From Candidatus Bathyarchaeota archaeon (GTDB lineage: Archaea; Thermoproteota; Bathyarchaeia; Bathyarchaeales; Bathycorpusculaceae): a stretch of 64,000 nt of DNA. The position numbers were made by a program, and so were the translations under genes. The notes beneath the pieces were generated by a model. It was not told the origin of the DNA. It made no database searches and worked only from the letters and a program-made list of their open reading frames with translations. Location: the NCBI GenBank assembly GCA_963832745.1, contig CAWHVC010000005.1, positions 448,001 through 512,000 on the forward strand. The letters run 5' to 3'. Positions 1 to 9,822 of the stretch are shown here, one piece after another (positions within the stretch are counted from its first letter, which is position 1; each line of letters starts with the position of its first letter).

Positions 1-330
1 GCACTCAATTGCTATCTTCAGTGTCTTAGAACTGACATCAATGAAGTAATTTTCAAATGCAATATCCGCTGCCCCTAATTTACAAAGTAGAACGCTGCCC
101 AACTTCTTCAGGGCGCGATGTGTCTCATTTTCACTTCCAGACTTATTCGGCAAGTCAACAAAAGATAATTCTTCTTTGATCTCTACCATTTCTATTTCTA
201 TACCTGCTTCTCTAAACTTTTTGAAGTCCTCTTCATCAGCTAGGTATGGAAAGTTTGTGTAAAGTACCAGACATGACCCCCCAGACTTGTATTAATAATA
301 TGACCTCTTATGCCTCTTTTGCTTTTCCAT
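1..330 (-). pseudogene. Partial ORF running off the window start, PD-(D/E)xK-like, with one in-frame TAA at 292-294
   Basis: Manual translation of the minus strand: MEKQKRHKRSYY*YKSGG...SENETHRALKKLGSVLLCKLGAADIAFENYFIDVSSKTLKIAIEC. The H..LK..G...L / FE / D / IAIEC pattern resembles restriction-endonuclease-like folds. It may instead be an intact shorter gene starting after the stop. Confidence 0.35.
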
Positions 331-407
331 GTAGTGCTTTTTAATGGCTATTCCATCGGGCGATTAGTTTGCATTCCGTTGGCAACATCGCTAATTCTGC
401 TAGATGC

Positions 408-1313
408 TTAAAACTTAACTGATTCATTTTTCTTCTCTCTTAGGTTTAGCTTGACTATACCCTTTTCACTTACCTCGCACTTGGCTCGTTCAATAGCTAT
501 TAATTCCACAAATTTTAGTGGATAAAGACGATCTAACCCTAATCTGATGAAAAGTGCTCCATTGTCACTATAAGATCTCGCTTGCCAACTTATAGTTTGT
601 TTGTTGAAGACAAAAGTCTCTTTAGGAAAACCACCTAATGGTGAAACTATTCCTAATTTGTATTTTCCAACATTGAGAACTGCTTCAATAGCGGGTGATT
701 TTGGCTGGGTATTATTCCACTCAAGTTTCATATCCTTTGAGCCCCGATGGAAATATAAGAAGTCAGGTATGGTGGGAAAAATAAGGTCAGGCAAGGCTCC
801 TGTTTCTGCCGCTTTTTCAATGGCTTCAACAATCTTTTCACTTGTGAACATTCCAGTAACAGTCGGAATTTGTGTTTTAGCGGAAACTTCCTTTCCAATA
901 ATACTTCGTTCTGCTAGGGCTATTTCATGACCAAGATCTCTAAAGAGAAAATCATTGCAGTATTGAGTTTGCCCTGGCTTAAACCACTCAATTGGAAGAC
1001 GCATGCTGTATCCTAAAGTCAGAAGGTTAGGTTCCTCTTGCTTTGTAATAACTTTTGTTTTGCATATGTCGGGAATAATCGTTTCATTTTGGAAAGTCTG
1101 ACTTATTAGAGAAATGCCTTCGTTGATTTGTTTCTCGTCTAGAGTCGCTGTCCCGAGTTTTGGAAGAACGTCTTCAACATCCTCAATTTCAGTTCCTCTG
1201 CCTCTTTTGTGAAATCTTGCCAAATCAATCGACAAATTTTCGCAATCTTTCTCGATTATTCGGCAATTCTGCAGAAAAACAGGGGGTACCAGGAGAGTAT
1301 CAGGTTTTTCCAA
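408..1313 (-). CDS. Hypothetical protein, possible diverged HK97-fold capsid/encapsulin-like protein
   Basis: 301-aa ORF. Motif order resembles HK97 MCP: spine helix (FRDLGHEIALAERSII), A-domain (SEKIVEAIEKAAETGALPDLIFPTIPDF) and C-terminal strands (VELIAIERAKCEVSEKGIVKLNL). Confidence 0.45.
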   Translation of the reverse strand: MEKPDTLLVPPVFLQNCRIIEKDCENLSIDLARFHKRGRGTEIEDVEDVLPKLGTATLDEKQINEGISLISQTFQNETIIPDICKTKVITKQEEPNLLTLGYSMRLPIEWFKPGQTQYCNDFLFRDLGHEIALAERSIIGKEVSAKTQIPTVTGMFTSEKIVEAIEKAAETGALPDLIFPTIPDFLYFHRGSKDMKLEWNNTQPKSPAIEAVLNVGKYKLGIVSPLGGFPKETFVFNKQTISWQARSYSDNGALFIRLGLDRLYPLKFVELIAIERAKCEVSEKGIVKLNLREKKNESVKF

Positions 1314-1436
1314 TTCTTCCTTGAATTTCTTCTGATTTTTGTTAGTTTTTAAACAATGTTTTTATTATAGTTTTAAATGATAGTATTATATCCTAAAATA
1401 AGAGATATATAGTATAATAGATTAAGGGAAAGAATA

Positions 1437-2513
1437 ATGGAAAAAATTGAAGCCCCAACTCATCGCATACTCGATACAATCTCTGCATTTTTAGGGGAAC
1501 CTTTGTCAATCAATCAATTGACTGAAAAAATTAAAGAGAAGTATGGAACCGCCCATTATTCTAATACTTATAAAAAAATTAAGGAATTAGAAACTATTGG
1601 CGCGCTAACTATTGATTCGTACGGAAATTCTTGCATAATTAAGCCCAACTTTGATAATGAAATAATAATTGACTTGCTTTCCCAGATTGAAATAGAAAGA
1701 AAAATATGTTTTCTAAAAGAAAAAAATGAGTTCTCAAACATCTTTTCAACTCTAAGAAAGCAAATTGACGATATCTGTTCTATAAAGTCAATTAGTTCTA
1801 TTGATTCTGAAAAAAACTCTGAGCTTAACAGGCTGGAATTACTTTTCTTAACAAGAGATCCTAAGGATCACAGGGAACATAGGGCTACAACTTGTGAGCT
1901 TTATAAGAGGACAAAAGAAATTCAAGAACAATATAATCTGCGGATAGATAGTTTAATCCTTAATGAAAGCGACTTTTCCTTTTTCATAAGCTCAAAAGAA
2001 ATCAACCCATTAAGAGAAGTCATCAGAAGAGAGATAACAATTTTCTGCCCACAAGCTTATTGGAGTAAAATTAAAGAGATATCTGAAAAATCTGAAATAT
2101 TGAGCATAAAAACAGAAACCACGCCCTATAACATTTTGGAAGATGATCTTACCTATAATCTAAATCGCTTTGGGTATAAGGAATTTGGCACTAAAATGTC
2201 TCAGGGGAAAAAATACTGTATTGAATATATCATAATCAGTTTGCTGCAGTCAAATGAAATTCGGCGATTGGAAGCAATTCCGATAATTCTATCAAAGAAT
2301 TCCTTCAAACCTAATTTGTTAACGTTCTTAGCCCAAAAATACAATGCATCAGCCAAACTTTTAGGGATACTGAGAACTTTACGAAATATAAGATCAAGTG
2401 ACATCATTGAAGAAACGTTCAACTTTATTGAAGCTTTGACTGATACGGAAGAAGCGTTAATTGATGAAGAGAGTACAATTAGAAATTTGAGGTTATACAA
2501 TGTCCTCCACTGA
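1437..2513 (+). CDS. wHTH plus nucleotidyltransferase-like-fold protein, putative antitoxin/regulator
   Basis: 358-aa ORF with an N-terminal wHTH (LSINQLTEKI...YSNTYKKIKELE..G). The central region looks like a degenerate MNT (RLELLFLT...RIDSLILNESDF). Overlaps the next gene. Confidence 0.6.
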   Translation: MEKIEAPTHRILDTISAFLGEPLSINQLTEKIKEKYGTAHYSNTYKKIKELETIGALTIDSYGNSCIIKPNFDNEIIIDLLSQIEIERKICFLKEKNEFSNIFSTLRKQIDDICSIKSISSIDSEKNSELNRLELLFLTRDPKDHREHRATTCELYKRTKEIQEQYNLRIDSLILNESDFSFFISSKEINPLREVIRREITIFCPQAYWSKIKEISEKSEILSIKTETTPYNILEDDLTYNLNRFGYKEFGTKMSQGKKYCIEYIIISLLQSNEIRRLEAIPIILSKNSFKPNLLTFLAQKYNASAKLLGILRTLRNIRSSDIIEETFNFIEALTDTEEALIDEESTIRNLRLYNVLH

Positions 2514-3042
2514 GTTGAATAAACAGGTCTTGTTTAACCTCTTGAAATATTTTGACCAAGAGGCTAAGCAGAAAATAACTTTGATAGCAGTTGGAGGAAC
2601 AGCAATGACACTTCTGGATTTGAAGGTCTCCACAATGGACATCGATTTTACGCTTCCAAGCAACGATAAAGCCGAATTTGATAGAGTTAGAAACGTAGTA
2701 CCTCATGGTTTCAAAATAGATGTGTATACTGATGGGGATGTTTTCTGCAATAGATTGCCAAACGATTATCTTGAGAGGAGCACAGAAATAGCTAACTTCA
2801 ATAAGATATCTCTAAGAGCGCTGTATCCTGTTGACATAGTGGTTACAAAAATAGGAAGACTAAACCCAAGAGACATACAAGACATCGAATCCTGTATCAG
2901 CCGATGCAAAATCAAGAAAGAAGACATACTGAAGCGAGCATCAGAGATGATATATGTCGGTCGAGAAGAAGATTATAAATATCATCTTCAGTGGACCACA
3001 CAAAAGTTCTATACAGGATCTTCTAAGACGAACACTAAATGA
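2500..3042 (+). CDS. DUF6036/AbiEii-like nucleotidyltransferase
   Basis: LIAVGGTAM...STMDIDF (GG and DxD motifs) and TKIGRLNPRDIQD (K..R..+D..D motif). Confidence 0.8.
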   Translation: MSSTELNKQVLFNLLKYFDQEAKQKITLIAVGGTAMTLLDLKVSTMDIDFTLPSNDKAEFDRVRNVVPHGFKIDVYTDGDVFCNRLPNDYLERSTEIANFNKISLRALYPVDIVVTKIGRLNPRDIQDIESCISRCKIKKEDILKRASEMIYVGREEDYKYHLQWTTQKFYTGSSKTNTK

Positions 3043-3169
3043 CTTCTAGAATAAAATCCCTGATGTCAAATATGCTATCAGGGAGTATAGCAATTTTTTT
3101 CTGTGCTATATGTTAAAGCATAAATGGTTACTCTATAGAATTGTAGAAAAATAGGAGGGGTACTCCAAC

Positions 3170-3295
3170 GTGAAGGCTGACTTGATTCGTCGACGTCGTC
3201 GCATGCTTACGCTTTTAGGGTTAGGTAACAGCCTACAGTCCGTAGTTTCGGCGCTTTCTAAAGAGTTCAATTGTAAGGAAGTCACCCTACGTCTG
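3170..3295 (+). pseudogene. Truncated HTH protein, possibly the N-terminus of a terminase small subunit
   Basis: Good SD (GGAGGGG), then MKADLIRRRRRMLTLLGLGNSLQSVVSALSKEFNCKEVTL, which is HTH-like. The rest of ORF 3170-3490 is antisense to another ORF and does not look like coding sequence. Confidence 0.35.
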
Positions 3296-3557
3296 TGCAG
3301 ATATCTATTGTTTCTCGATGGTGGAGTAGACCGCATTTGGGGCATATTTTATGTTTGGTTTTGTTTAGTGCTTGGAGTTGTAGGTATTGGCTGTCTAGCA
3401 TGTAGACTTCACCAAGTGGTTGGTGTCTGTATCCATAGATGGGTACGGGTGTTAGTATGGGTAGGAGTTCTTTGTCGGATAGGATGCTGAAGATTTTTGT
3501 TAGCAGTTCAGCGGCTTCCTCGCGGTTTAAGCCTAAGACTCTTTGTGACCAAATCAT
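3282..3557 (-). CDS. Small hypothetical protein with CPKCG Zn-finger motif, divergent from the integrase
   Basis: 91-aa ORF; N-terminal LNREEAAELL helix and C-terminal KICPKCGLLHH. Confidence 0.45.
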   Translation of the reverse strand: MIWSQRVLGLNREEAAELLTKIFSILSDKELLPILTPVPIYGYRHQPLGEVYMLDSQYLQLQALNKTKHKICPKCGLLHHRETIDICTDVG

Positions 3558-3717
3558 CAGTCGGCTTCTGGGCCGTAATAACGTTACCGTTAGCAGAGGT
3601 TTTAGTCGATTTCACCCATCCGCTAACGTTAACGTTGGGGCGCCCCTAAATGATCCTCAACTAAACGCAAACATAACCACACCCAAGGATAGCCAAGATA
3701 CCCACAGAGAAACTGTT

Positions 3718-5029
3718 CAATGCCCAGACTGCAGCAGCTTTAAGGTGTTTAAAAACGGCTTTGCCATAGCGATTTTGGCGTAAAAATTCAGCGCTACCTT
3801 TGCCGGTCATGTGGCCGCCGATTCTCAGACCCAAACGACCTAAAACAGGCTAAACAAGCTGCTGAAACCAATCTTTTGACGGTGAACTTAAAAGTCACAG
3901 GTGCTAATATCGAAAATAGCCAAGTATGCGTCTTAAAGGAAGAGGCGAAAAACTTGACCCGTGAAACGTCTGAACAATTCAGCGTTTCGCAGAGAGAAAA
4001 ACAAAACAAACCTTACAGTGAATGCATCGTTAAAGCGGACATAGACCTAGTGATCGCAGACTACAGGCAGTACATCCAGAAAGAACATCTCGTAAGCGAC
4101 ATTGCCCTAAGCAAATACGTTTTCAGACTCAGATGGCTATGCCAAAAAAATTGGAGTTAACCTCTTTGACCCTGAAGACTTCAAACGCAAACTAGCATTT
4201 GATCCAGAACTAAGCACTAAATCCAATTGCAACAAAAACAGCATCTGCAAAGCATACATCAGCTTCATAAAAAAATACCTGCAGATGGAAAACGTTAGGA
4301 TACCTCGCTTTGAATACAAAACCCCAGAGTATAACCTGCCGCTGACTGAACACATGGAAATACTCTACGCGGCATTAAGCTTTCAAATGCAAGTCTTCTG
4401 CTTTGTACTAATGGCAACTGCTGCAAGACCCATCGAAGCTTTAAGAATCGAATGGAAAGACATCGACTTCGCAAGAAAAACAATCGCCATAAACAAACCA
4501 GCTAAACACGGGCGAACAAGAACTAGTCCAACTAAAAGGCCGATTCGTCAAAGTCATCGACATGCTCTCAGAACTGAAAAACCGACAACTCAACATCGCT
4601 ACCTGCCGAAACCGAAAACAAAGAAACCTAAACCTTGTCTTCACATACAGCGGCGTAGATACAGCTGGACAAAACTTTAGGCGAGCAAGAGAAGCAGCAG
4701 CTAAACGTTTAGGCATACCAGAACTAGAAAAAATTACCTTTTATAGCAACCGACACTGGCGAGCAGTGCTTGAACGATACCTAAAAGGCAACTCGGACGC
4801 AGTCGCAAACCTACTAGGCGAAAACTCGGACAAATACGTCAAAGTTTACGCTCCAATATCTGAGCGACTCTATGGCAGCGACAAAGAATGGGAACCCATC
4901 GAAATCTGTGAAACCGATCCCGACTACAGCGAAAAGATGAGCCGCTACGGCGCTGAAGGCTACCAAGAATACAACTACAACCGAACAACAGGCAGGCACT
5001 ATTTACGCAAGGAGAAAAACGCATGGTAA
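3718..5029 (+). pseudogene. Tyrosine recombinase/integrase with N-terminal Zn ribbon, three frameshifts
   Basis: The frames join to give CPDCSSFKVFKNG/QRYLCRSCGRRFS ... ATAARPIEAL (R), KHGRTR (K), FYSNRHWRA (HxxR-like), LLGENSDKYVKVY (Y). Frameshifts near 3763, at the A7 run 4144-4150, and near 4526. Start codon uncertain. Confidence 0.85.
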
Positions 5030-5128
5030 TGCAAGCGACAGTTTGTAGTGGTTCCAGCCAAAAAAACAAAATAACCCATATTAGTCAGATGCGGAAATGT
5101 AAGTATTCCATCCAGAAAGTATGTAGAA

Positions 5129-5204
5129 GGGCTCGTAGCCTAGCACGGATTAAGGTGTCGGCCTTCGGAGCCGGAGATCGTGGGTTCAAATCCCACCGGG
5201 CCCG
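5129..5204 (+). tRNA. tRNA-Arg (anticodon TCG), no intron, CCA not encoded
   Basis: Acceptor stem GGGCTCG/CGGGCCC, anticodon arm TCGGC-CTTCGGA-GCCGG, T arm GTGGG-TTCAAAT-CCCAC, discriminator G. Confidence 0.96.
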
Positions 5205-5230
5205 CTCTCATATGTCCGAAAAGGTACTGA

Positions 5231-5258
5231 CTTTTTTTCTGTTTTAGCTTCTGTTTTT
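5231..5258 (+). terminator. Oligo-T terminator-like tract after the tRNA
   Basis: CTTTTTTTCTGTTTTAGCTTCTGTTTTT about 25 nt downstream of the tRNA. Confidence 0.45.
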
Positions 5259-6159
5259 CCGAGCGGACGCTCGATATACTTCTACACATACCTCGACAGT
5301 TCAAGATTGTAGAGACGGTGTTTTTGGGTGCAACGCTGTAGTGAGTCGACTTTGCCTCGCATGAAAACAATCAACCGCATAGCACTCTCCGCTGCATGTG
5401 AAAACTTTAGCTGATCCAGAGGCGCTAAATTTTGGCTGAACAACCGATATAAGTGTAACTTTGGGCATTTCAAAGTCCAAAATCAAATTTGATTTCACTA
5501 CCGTACCAACTGCGTCCCACCCATCCTCTAGGGCATTAAAGTCAAAATGTACCCTGCCATGATAGGGCGTCCGTGGCTGGAGCAAACAACATGTCGATTA
5601 CTATGTAAAAAAGATAGAAAAATAGGCCGAATACACAGATTAAAACGAAGTAACTTTGTCGATGACGAGTGTACCGAGAAAGGTGCAAAACGTTCTCAAA
5701 TCATGTGAAGACGTCCTCTTCAACAGCGGCGTCTTTCACTGCATGGTGTTTCTTCAATTTCCCAGTATTGCGAGAGGGTTCTACCCACTGGCTGATTTTA
5801 GGCGGATATAGATGAGTATTGGATGGCACTTTTGGGGTTGGAACAAGGTGTCAAAATGAGGTATACGATGACTTCTTGGATTGTTCATGTGGAAACGTTG
5901 GATGGTCGTAGTCCTGGGGAACTGGTGACGATGGGGTAGAATTTGGCTTTACCGGGTTGCTAATGGCGTACCCAATAAGTATGGTTGTGTGTTGGGTGAG
6001 GGGAGATTAACAAGGTCATGAATTGGAGTTTGATGACCCAGCGGCGAAATTTTGATCAACAATAAGGGCTTAACCAAATTGTAAAACTGATTTAAGCGTA
6101 ATTTAAAAAAATTTTAAATAGTTAATTATCAGAACTCTGCCTCAGGTTGGTTCCACGCT

Positions 6160-6966
6160 AAACTATAATCACGAAACGACGCAATCATTGCTGAAAATTG
6201 GTTTACAAAATAATTTTAGACTAAAATTTACTTGGCGAGTCTACAGGTGGCAAACTTGACCTAAAGGTTATTTCAAGCATATCCAAAATTGCAAAAGAAG
6301 AATGTTTATCGTTCGTTACCAACTTTGCAGAAATAGGTCTAATTACCAAATGGATTTGTTTTCCAGAATTATTTGAGGCAACTCCCCTAAAAAAGGGAGA
6401 ACGCAATTGTTAAGACTTAAAAAAAAAAAATGATCAGAATCAAGAGAAGAATCAGACGTTTTTTTAAAAAAATTCGATGAAAAAATAAACAATTATGGAA
6501 AAAACTTTGGCGAATATACAATTAAATTTCTTTCTAAAAGTAATTCTGCTGACGCGAATTTTACTAGGGATACTCAAAATTCTGTCTGATTTACAGCTAC
6601 ATACTAAATTTCGTTCATTTAGCAAATAATTTAAAGTATGAATTAATATGGCGAGAAATGTACTTGGCGCTCAAGAGAGGCGTAAAATACAAAATGCTTC
6701 TTGATCTACCAAAAAATAAACCCTTGTTAAAAGACGTGTCTTTTAATCTTAAATACCCCGCTAAAATAATTGGTCACTAGAATTTCGAATATCGATATAC
6801 AGCATTAATTCCTGGAGCAATATTTGCTTTGTATGATGAAAAGCATTCAGCAATATGGTCTATTTCGGAGCAGTTTTATTTAGAGCCTGTGATCTTGACG
6901 AATTATCCTTCGTTAATTAACTTGACTAAGGTCACTTTCTTTTCGCTTTGGGAAAATCACAGATGA
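6160..6966 (+). pseudogene. Degraded TrmB-family regulator
   Basis: Fragments QSLLKIGL/TKIYLA/KVISSISKIAKEECYR/GLITKWICFPELFEATPLK and the intact C-terminus YRYTALIPGAIFALYDEK...VILTNYPSLINLTKVTFFSLWENHR* align by eye with the TrmB paralogs at 29109-30952. Multiple stops and frameshifts. Confidence 0.75.
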
Positions 6967-7126
6967 CTTAATAGATTCATAAAAAAGGTCAAGGTATTTT
7001 TTCTTTTTTTGGGCCAATTTTAGTCCAGACATATTGAACTGTTTTTAGTGGTGGAACCCACCATCTACGCTCTTATATTAACCAAAAAAGCGCCTTGAAA
7101 GAGCATTCAAAAAATGGAGTTAACAT

Positions 7127-9661
7127 ATGAAAAAACATATATTATCCAAGTATGCCAAAACCAATTTCTTAGCAATTGCAATAATTCTGGTACTATCTAC
7201 ATCCTCAATGCTATCAATCATACCCTCCGTATCAGCGTATACTTCTGTACCCGACCGAGAAACCGGCACAACTGTTGGCATAAGTCCTACACACGTTGGC
7301 AAAGGACAACAAGTTATAATTCAAATCTTAACATACCCAGCACCAGCAGGACCAACAAACTATGCCCAAGACGTAACCGCAGGACTACTAGGCGGCTTTA
7401 GCAACATCACAGTATCAATCACCAAACCAGACGGTTCCACAGACACTTTCATGCCAGTTGACGAGACACTAAAAGCGGCAGGTGTAAACGTTCCAGGTCA
7501 AGCAGAAATTGTTGGCGCATTAATGTTCTATTATTACCCAGATCAAGTAGGTAACTACAGTGTAACGGCAAGTTTTCCAGGTAAAACATACACAACCGAC
7601 AACTCCTACAAAAGCCTCAACCTAAGCGTCTACTACAAACCCTCAAACACCAAACAAGCCACAACCTTCTCAGTACAAGAAGAACCAGTACTAGGAGGCA
7701 TACTCAACGGTTATCCATGGTCACCCTTGCCAGATAATTACTGGGAAAACCCCGTGCAAACAGACAACCGCGAATGGGCAGCAATTTCAGGCGACTGGGT
7801 ACAAGGCAACATTCTGGTTCAACAATACATCAGCTCATACAACGAATACAGCACAGCACCAAAAACAGACCACATACTCTGGGCTAACGAAGTAAGCATA
7901 GGCGGCATAATCGGCGGCGAATGGGGCAGTCTACCCTATGGCGGAGGAGGAGGAGACGCAAACATAATCTTGGAAGGAAAAATCTATCAAGCAAGCAGCA
8001 AAACCGGATACTTTGACTGCATTGACCAACTTACAGGCAAAACCTTATGGACAGCCCCAGGCAACCCAACACTTGCACACCGTTTAGACCCATTCTTCCA
8101 AACCGCTGCTCAAGCAAATGAAGGAGCAGTCAGCGTAGCCTTATGGCAAGCTTCAGGATCAAGCTGGAAAAAGTATGACCCATACGATGGCGATTTACTT
8201 CAGACAATCAATAACGCGCCCACAGACCTTGACACCGTTGCATTCAGTGATGGAAGCCCATACGTGATTATCACACAAAGCCCAGGAATAAACATGGGAG
8301 GTACAAACCCAGCTTTTAACAACACACGACCCTTAGGCTATGACTACACATACCTAATCAAGTGGGACATGAGCAAAGTCATTAACAACGACTGGAAAAC
8401 AGGCATAGTCTGGAATGTTTCAACAATAGATCCAACATTAGACATCTACAAAGGAGAGGTCAATGTTGGTGACAACGGCTTTTACGGTGTACGCGCTTTC
8501 CCCTTTGTCGGAGCTAACGTCATAATTGTAAGAACTCATAATGCAATGCAAATAATGGAAGGTTACGATTACACAACAGGCGAACGCCTATGGAGAAACA
8601 ACAACACAGTACTAGACATTGGAGTTAACGATGCAGACGGCGGAATAAACGGGCCACTAATAATGATTGACGGCGCCACTTCAGAATTTGTTGCTTACAA
8701 CGTTAAAACTGGCCAAGAGCAATGGCGGGCTTCTATGGGTGAAAAACCGTGGAGCATGATTCCAGACTACTGCTACGCCATCCATAATGATACATTCTAC
8801 ACTGGTAGCTATGACGGACATGTTTACGCATATAGCCTAGACGATGGCAAACTGGTTTGGCAAAGTGACTATTATGGAGATGAAGATGAATCACTGTACG
8901 GCACGCAACCATTCAACGGACGCATGGTTGGAGCAAACGGCATACTATACATTTCCACCGACACCGTTTACCAACTAATGCCAAGAACAAGATTCCACGC
9001 CTTAGTCGCAATAAACGAAACCACCGGCGAATTTCTCTGGAAACTGCCAATCGGCGCAAAACCCCGTTCAATAGCCAACGGTTACCTTGTGGCTACTGAT
9101 GGCGAAAACGGCATACAATACTGTATCGGCAAAGGCAAAACAGCAACATCCATAACGGCACCGACAACAGCGGTTGCTGCAGGAACAAGCGTACTAATTC
9201 AAGGAACAGTTCTTGATATGTCACCCGGAAACCCGGGCACTCCAGCAGTTTCAGATGCTGACATGAGCGAATGGATGGATTACCTGTATGGACAAAACGC
9301 AACAATGATAAATAGCCCGCCATCACCTGACGGAGTTCCAGTGAGGTTCCTTGCAATTGGTTCAGACGACAACCCTGTGTTGATTGGAACAGCAATGTCT
9401 GATTCAAGTGGTCAATACAGCTTCAAATGGACACCAACATCACCTGACATATACAAGATAACTGCAACCTTTGACGGCAGTGATTCATACTGGGGTTCAT
9501 GGGCAGAAACAGGATTAGCAATCGAAGCCGCGCCAGCAGGCACACCAACACAGACAGCATTAACAATGCCTCCATACGAAATGTACACTTTAGGTATGGG
9601 TATCGCCATCCTAATTGCAATAGCAGTCGTCGGCGTACTAATGCTTAGAAAAAGACCATAA
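7127..9661 (+). CDS. Secreted PQQ-like beta-propeller repeat protein with C-terminal membrane anchor
   Basis: Signal peptide; repeats such as AYNVKTGQEQW, GSYDGHVYAYSLDDGKLVW, AINETTGEFLW; Ig-like C-terminal domain; TM helix followed by RKRP. Confidence 0.88.
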   Translation: MKKHILSKYAKTNFLAIAIILVLSTSSMLSIIPSVSAYTSVPDRETGTTVGISPTHVGKGQQVIIQILTYPAPAGPTNYAQDVTAGLLGGFSNITVSITKPDGSTDTFMPVDETLKAAGVNVPGQAEIVGALMFYYYPDQVGNYSVTASFPGKTYTTDNSYKSLNLSVYYKPSNTKQATTFSVQEEPVLGGILNGYPWSPLPDNYWENPVQTDNREWAAISGDWVQGNILVQQYISSYNEYSTAPKTDHILWANEVSIGGIIGGEWGSLPYGGGGGDANIILEGKIYQASSKTGYFDCIDQLTGKTLWTAPGNPTLAHRLDPFFQTAAQANEGAVSVALWQASGSSWKKYDPYDGDLLQTINNAPTDLDTVAFSDGSPYVIITQSPGINMGGTNPAFNNTRPLGYDYTYLIKWDMSKVINNDWKTGIVWNVSTIDPTLDIYKGEVNVGDNGFYGVRAFPFVGANVIIVRTHNAMQIMEGYDYTTGERLWRNNNTVLDIGVNDADGGINGPLIMIDGATSEFVAYNVKTGQEQWRASMGEKPWSMIPDYCYAIHNDTFYTGSYDGHVYAYSLDDGKLVWQSDYYGDEDESLYGTQPFNGRMVGANGILYISTDTVYQLMPRTRFHALVAINETTGEFLWKLPIGAKPRSIANGYLVATDGENGIQYCIGKGKTATSITAPTTAVAAGTSVLIQGTVLDMSPGNPGTPAVSDADMSEWMDYLYGQNATMINSPPSPDGVPVRFLAIGSDDNPVLIGTAMSDSSGQYSFKWTPTSPDIYKITATFDGSDSYWGSWAETGLAIEAAPAGTPTQTALTMPPYEMYTLGMGIAILIAIAVVGVLMLRKRP

Positions 9662-9669
9662 ACTCCAAT

Positions 9670-9690
9670 CTTTTCCTTTTTATTTTTTTT
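9670..9690 (+). terminator. Oligo-T terminator
   Basis: CTTTTCCTTTTTATTTTTTTT directly after the stop codon. Confidence 0.55.
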
Positions 9691-9822
9691 AACCAAAAAA
9701 TTATTGTTCGAGAAATTGGCGTTTTTTGATGGATTGATATTGAAGGAAGAATGAATCAATGCTTGTCATGTTTGCAATATTATCGTGTTTAGGCTCTCAA
9801 GCCATTAATGTAGGGTGTTGGT

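Noticed and set aside
5282-6020. Minus-strand fragments possibly from a decayed ACT/V4R-type gene
   Set aside because: Too many stops and frameshifts to support a family call by eye.
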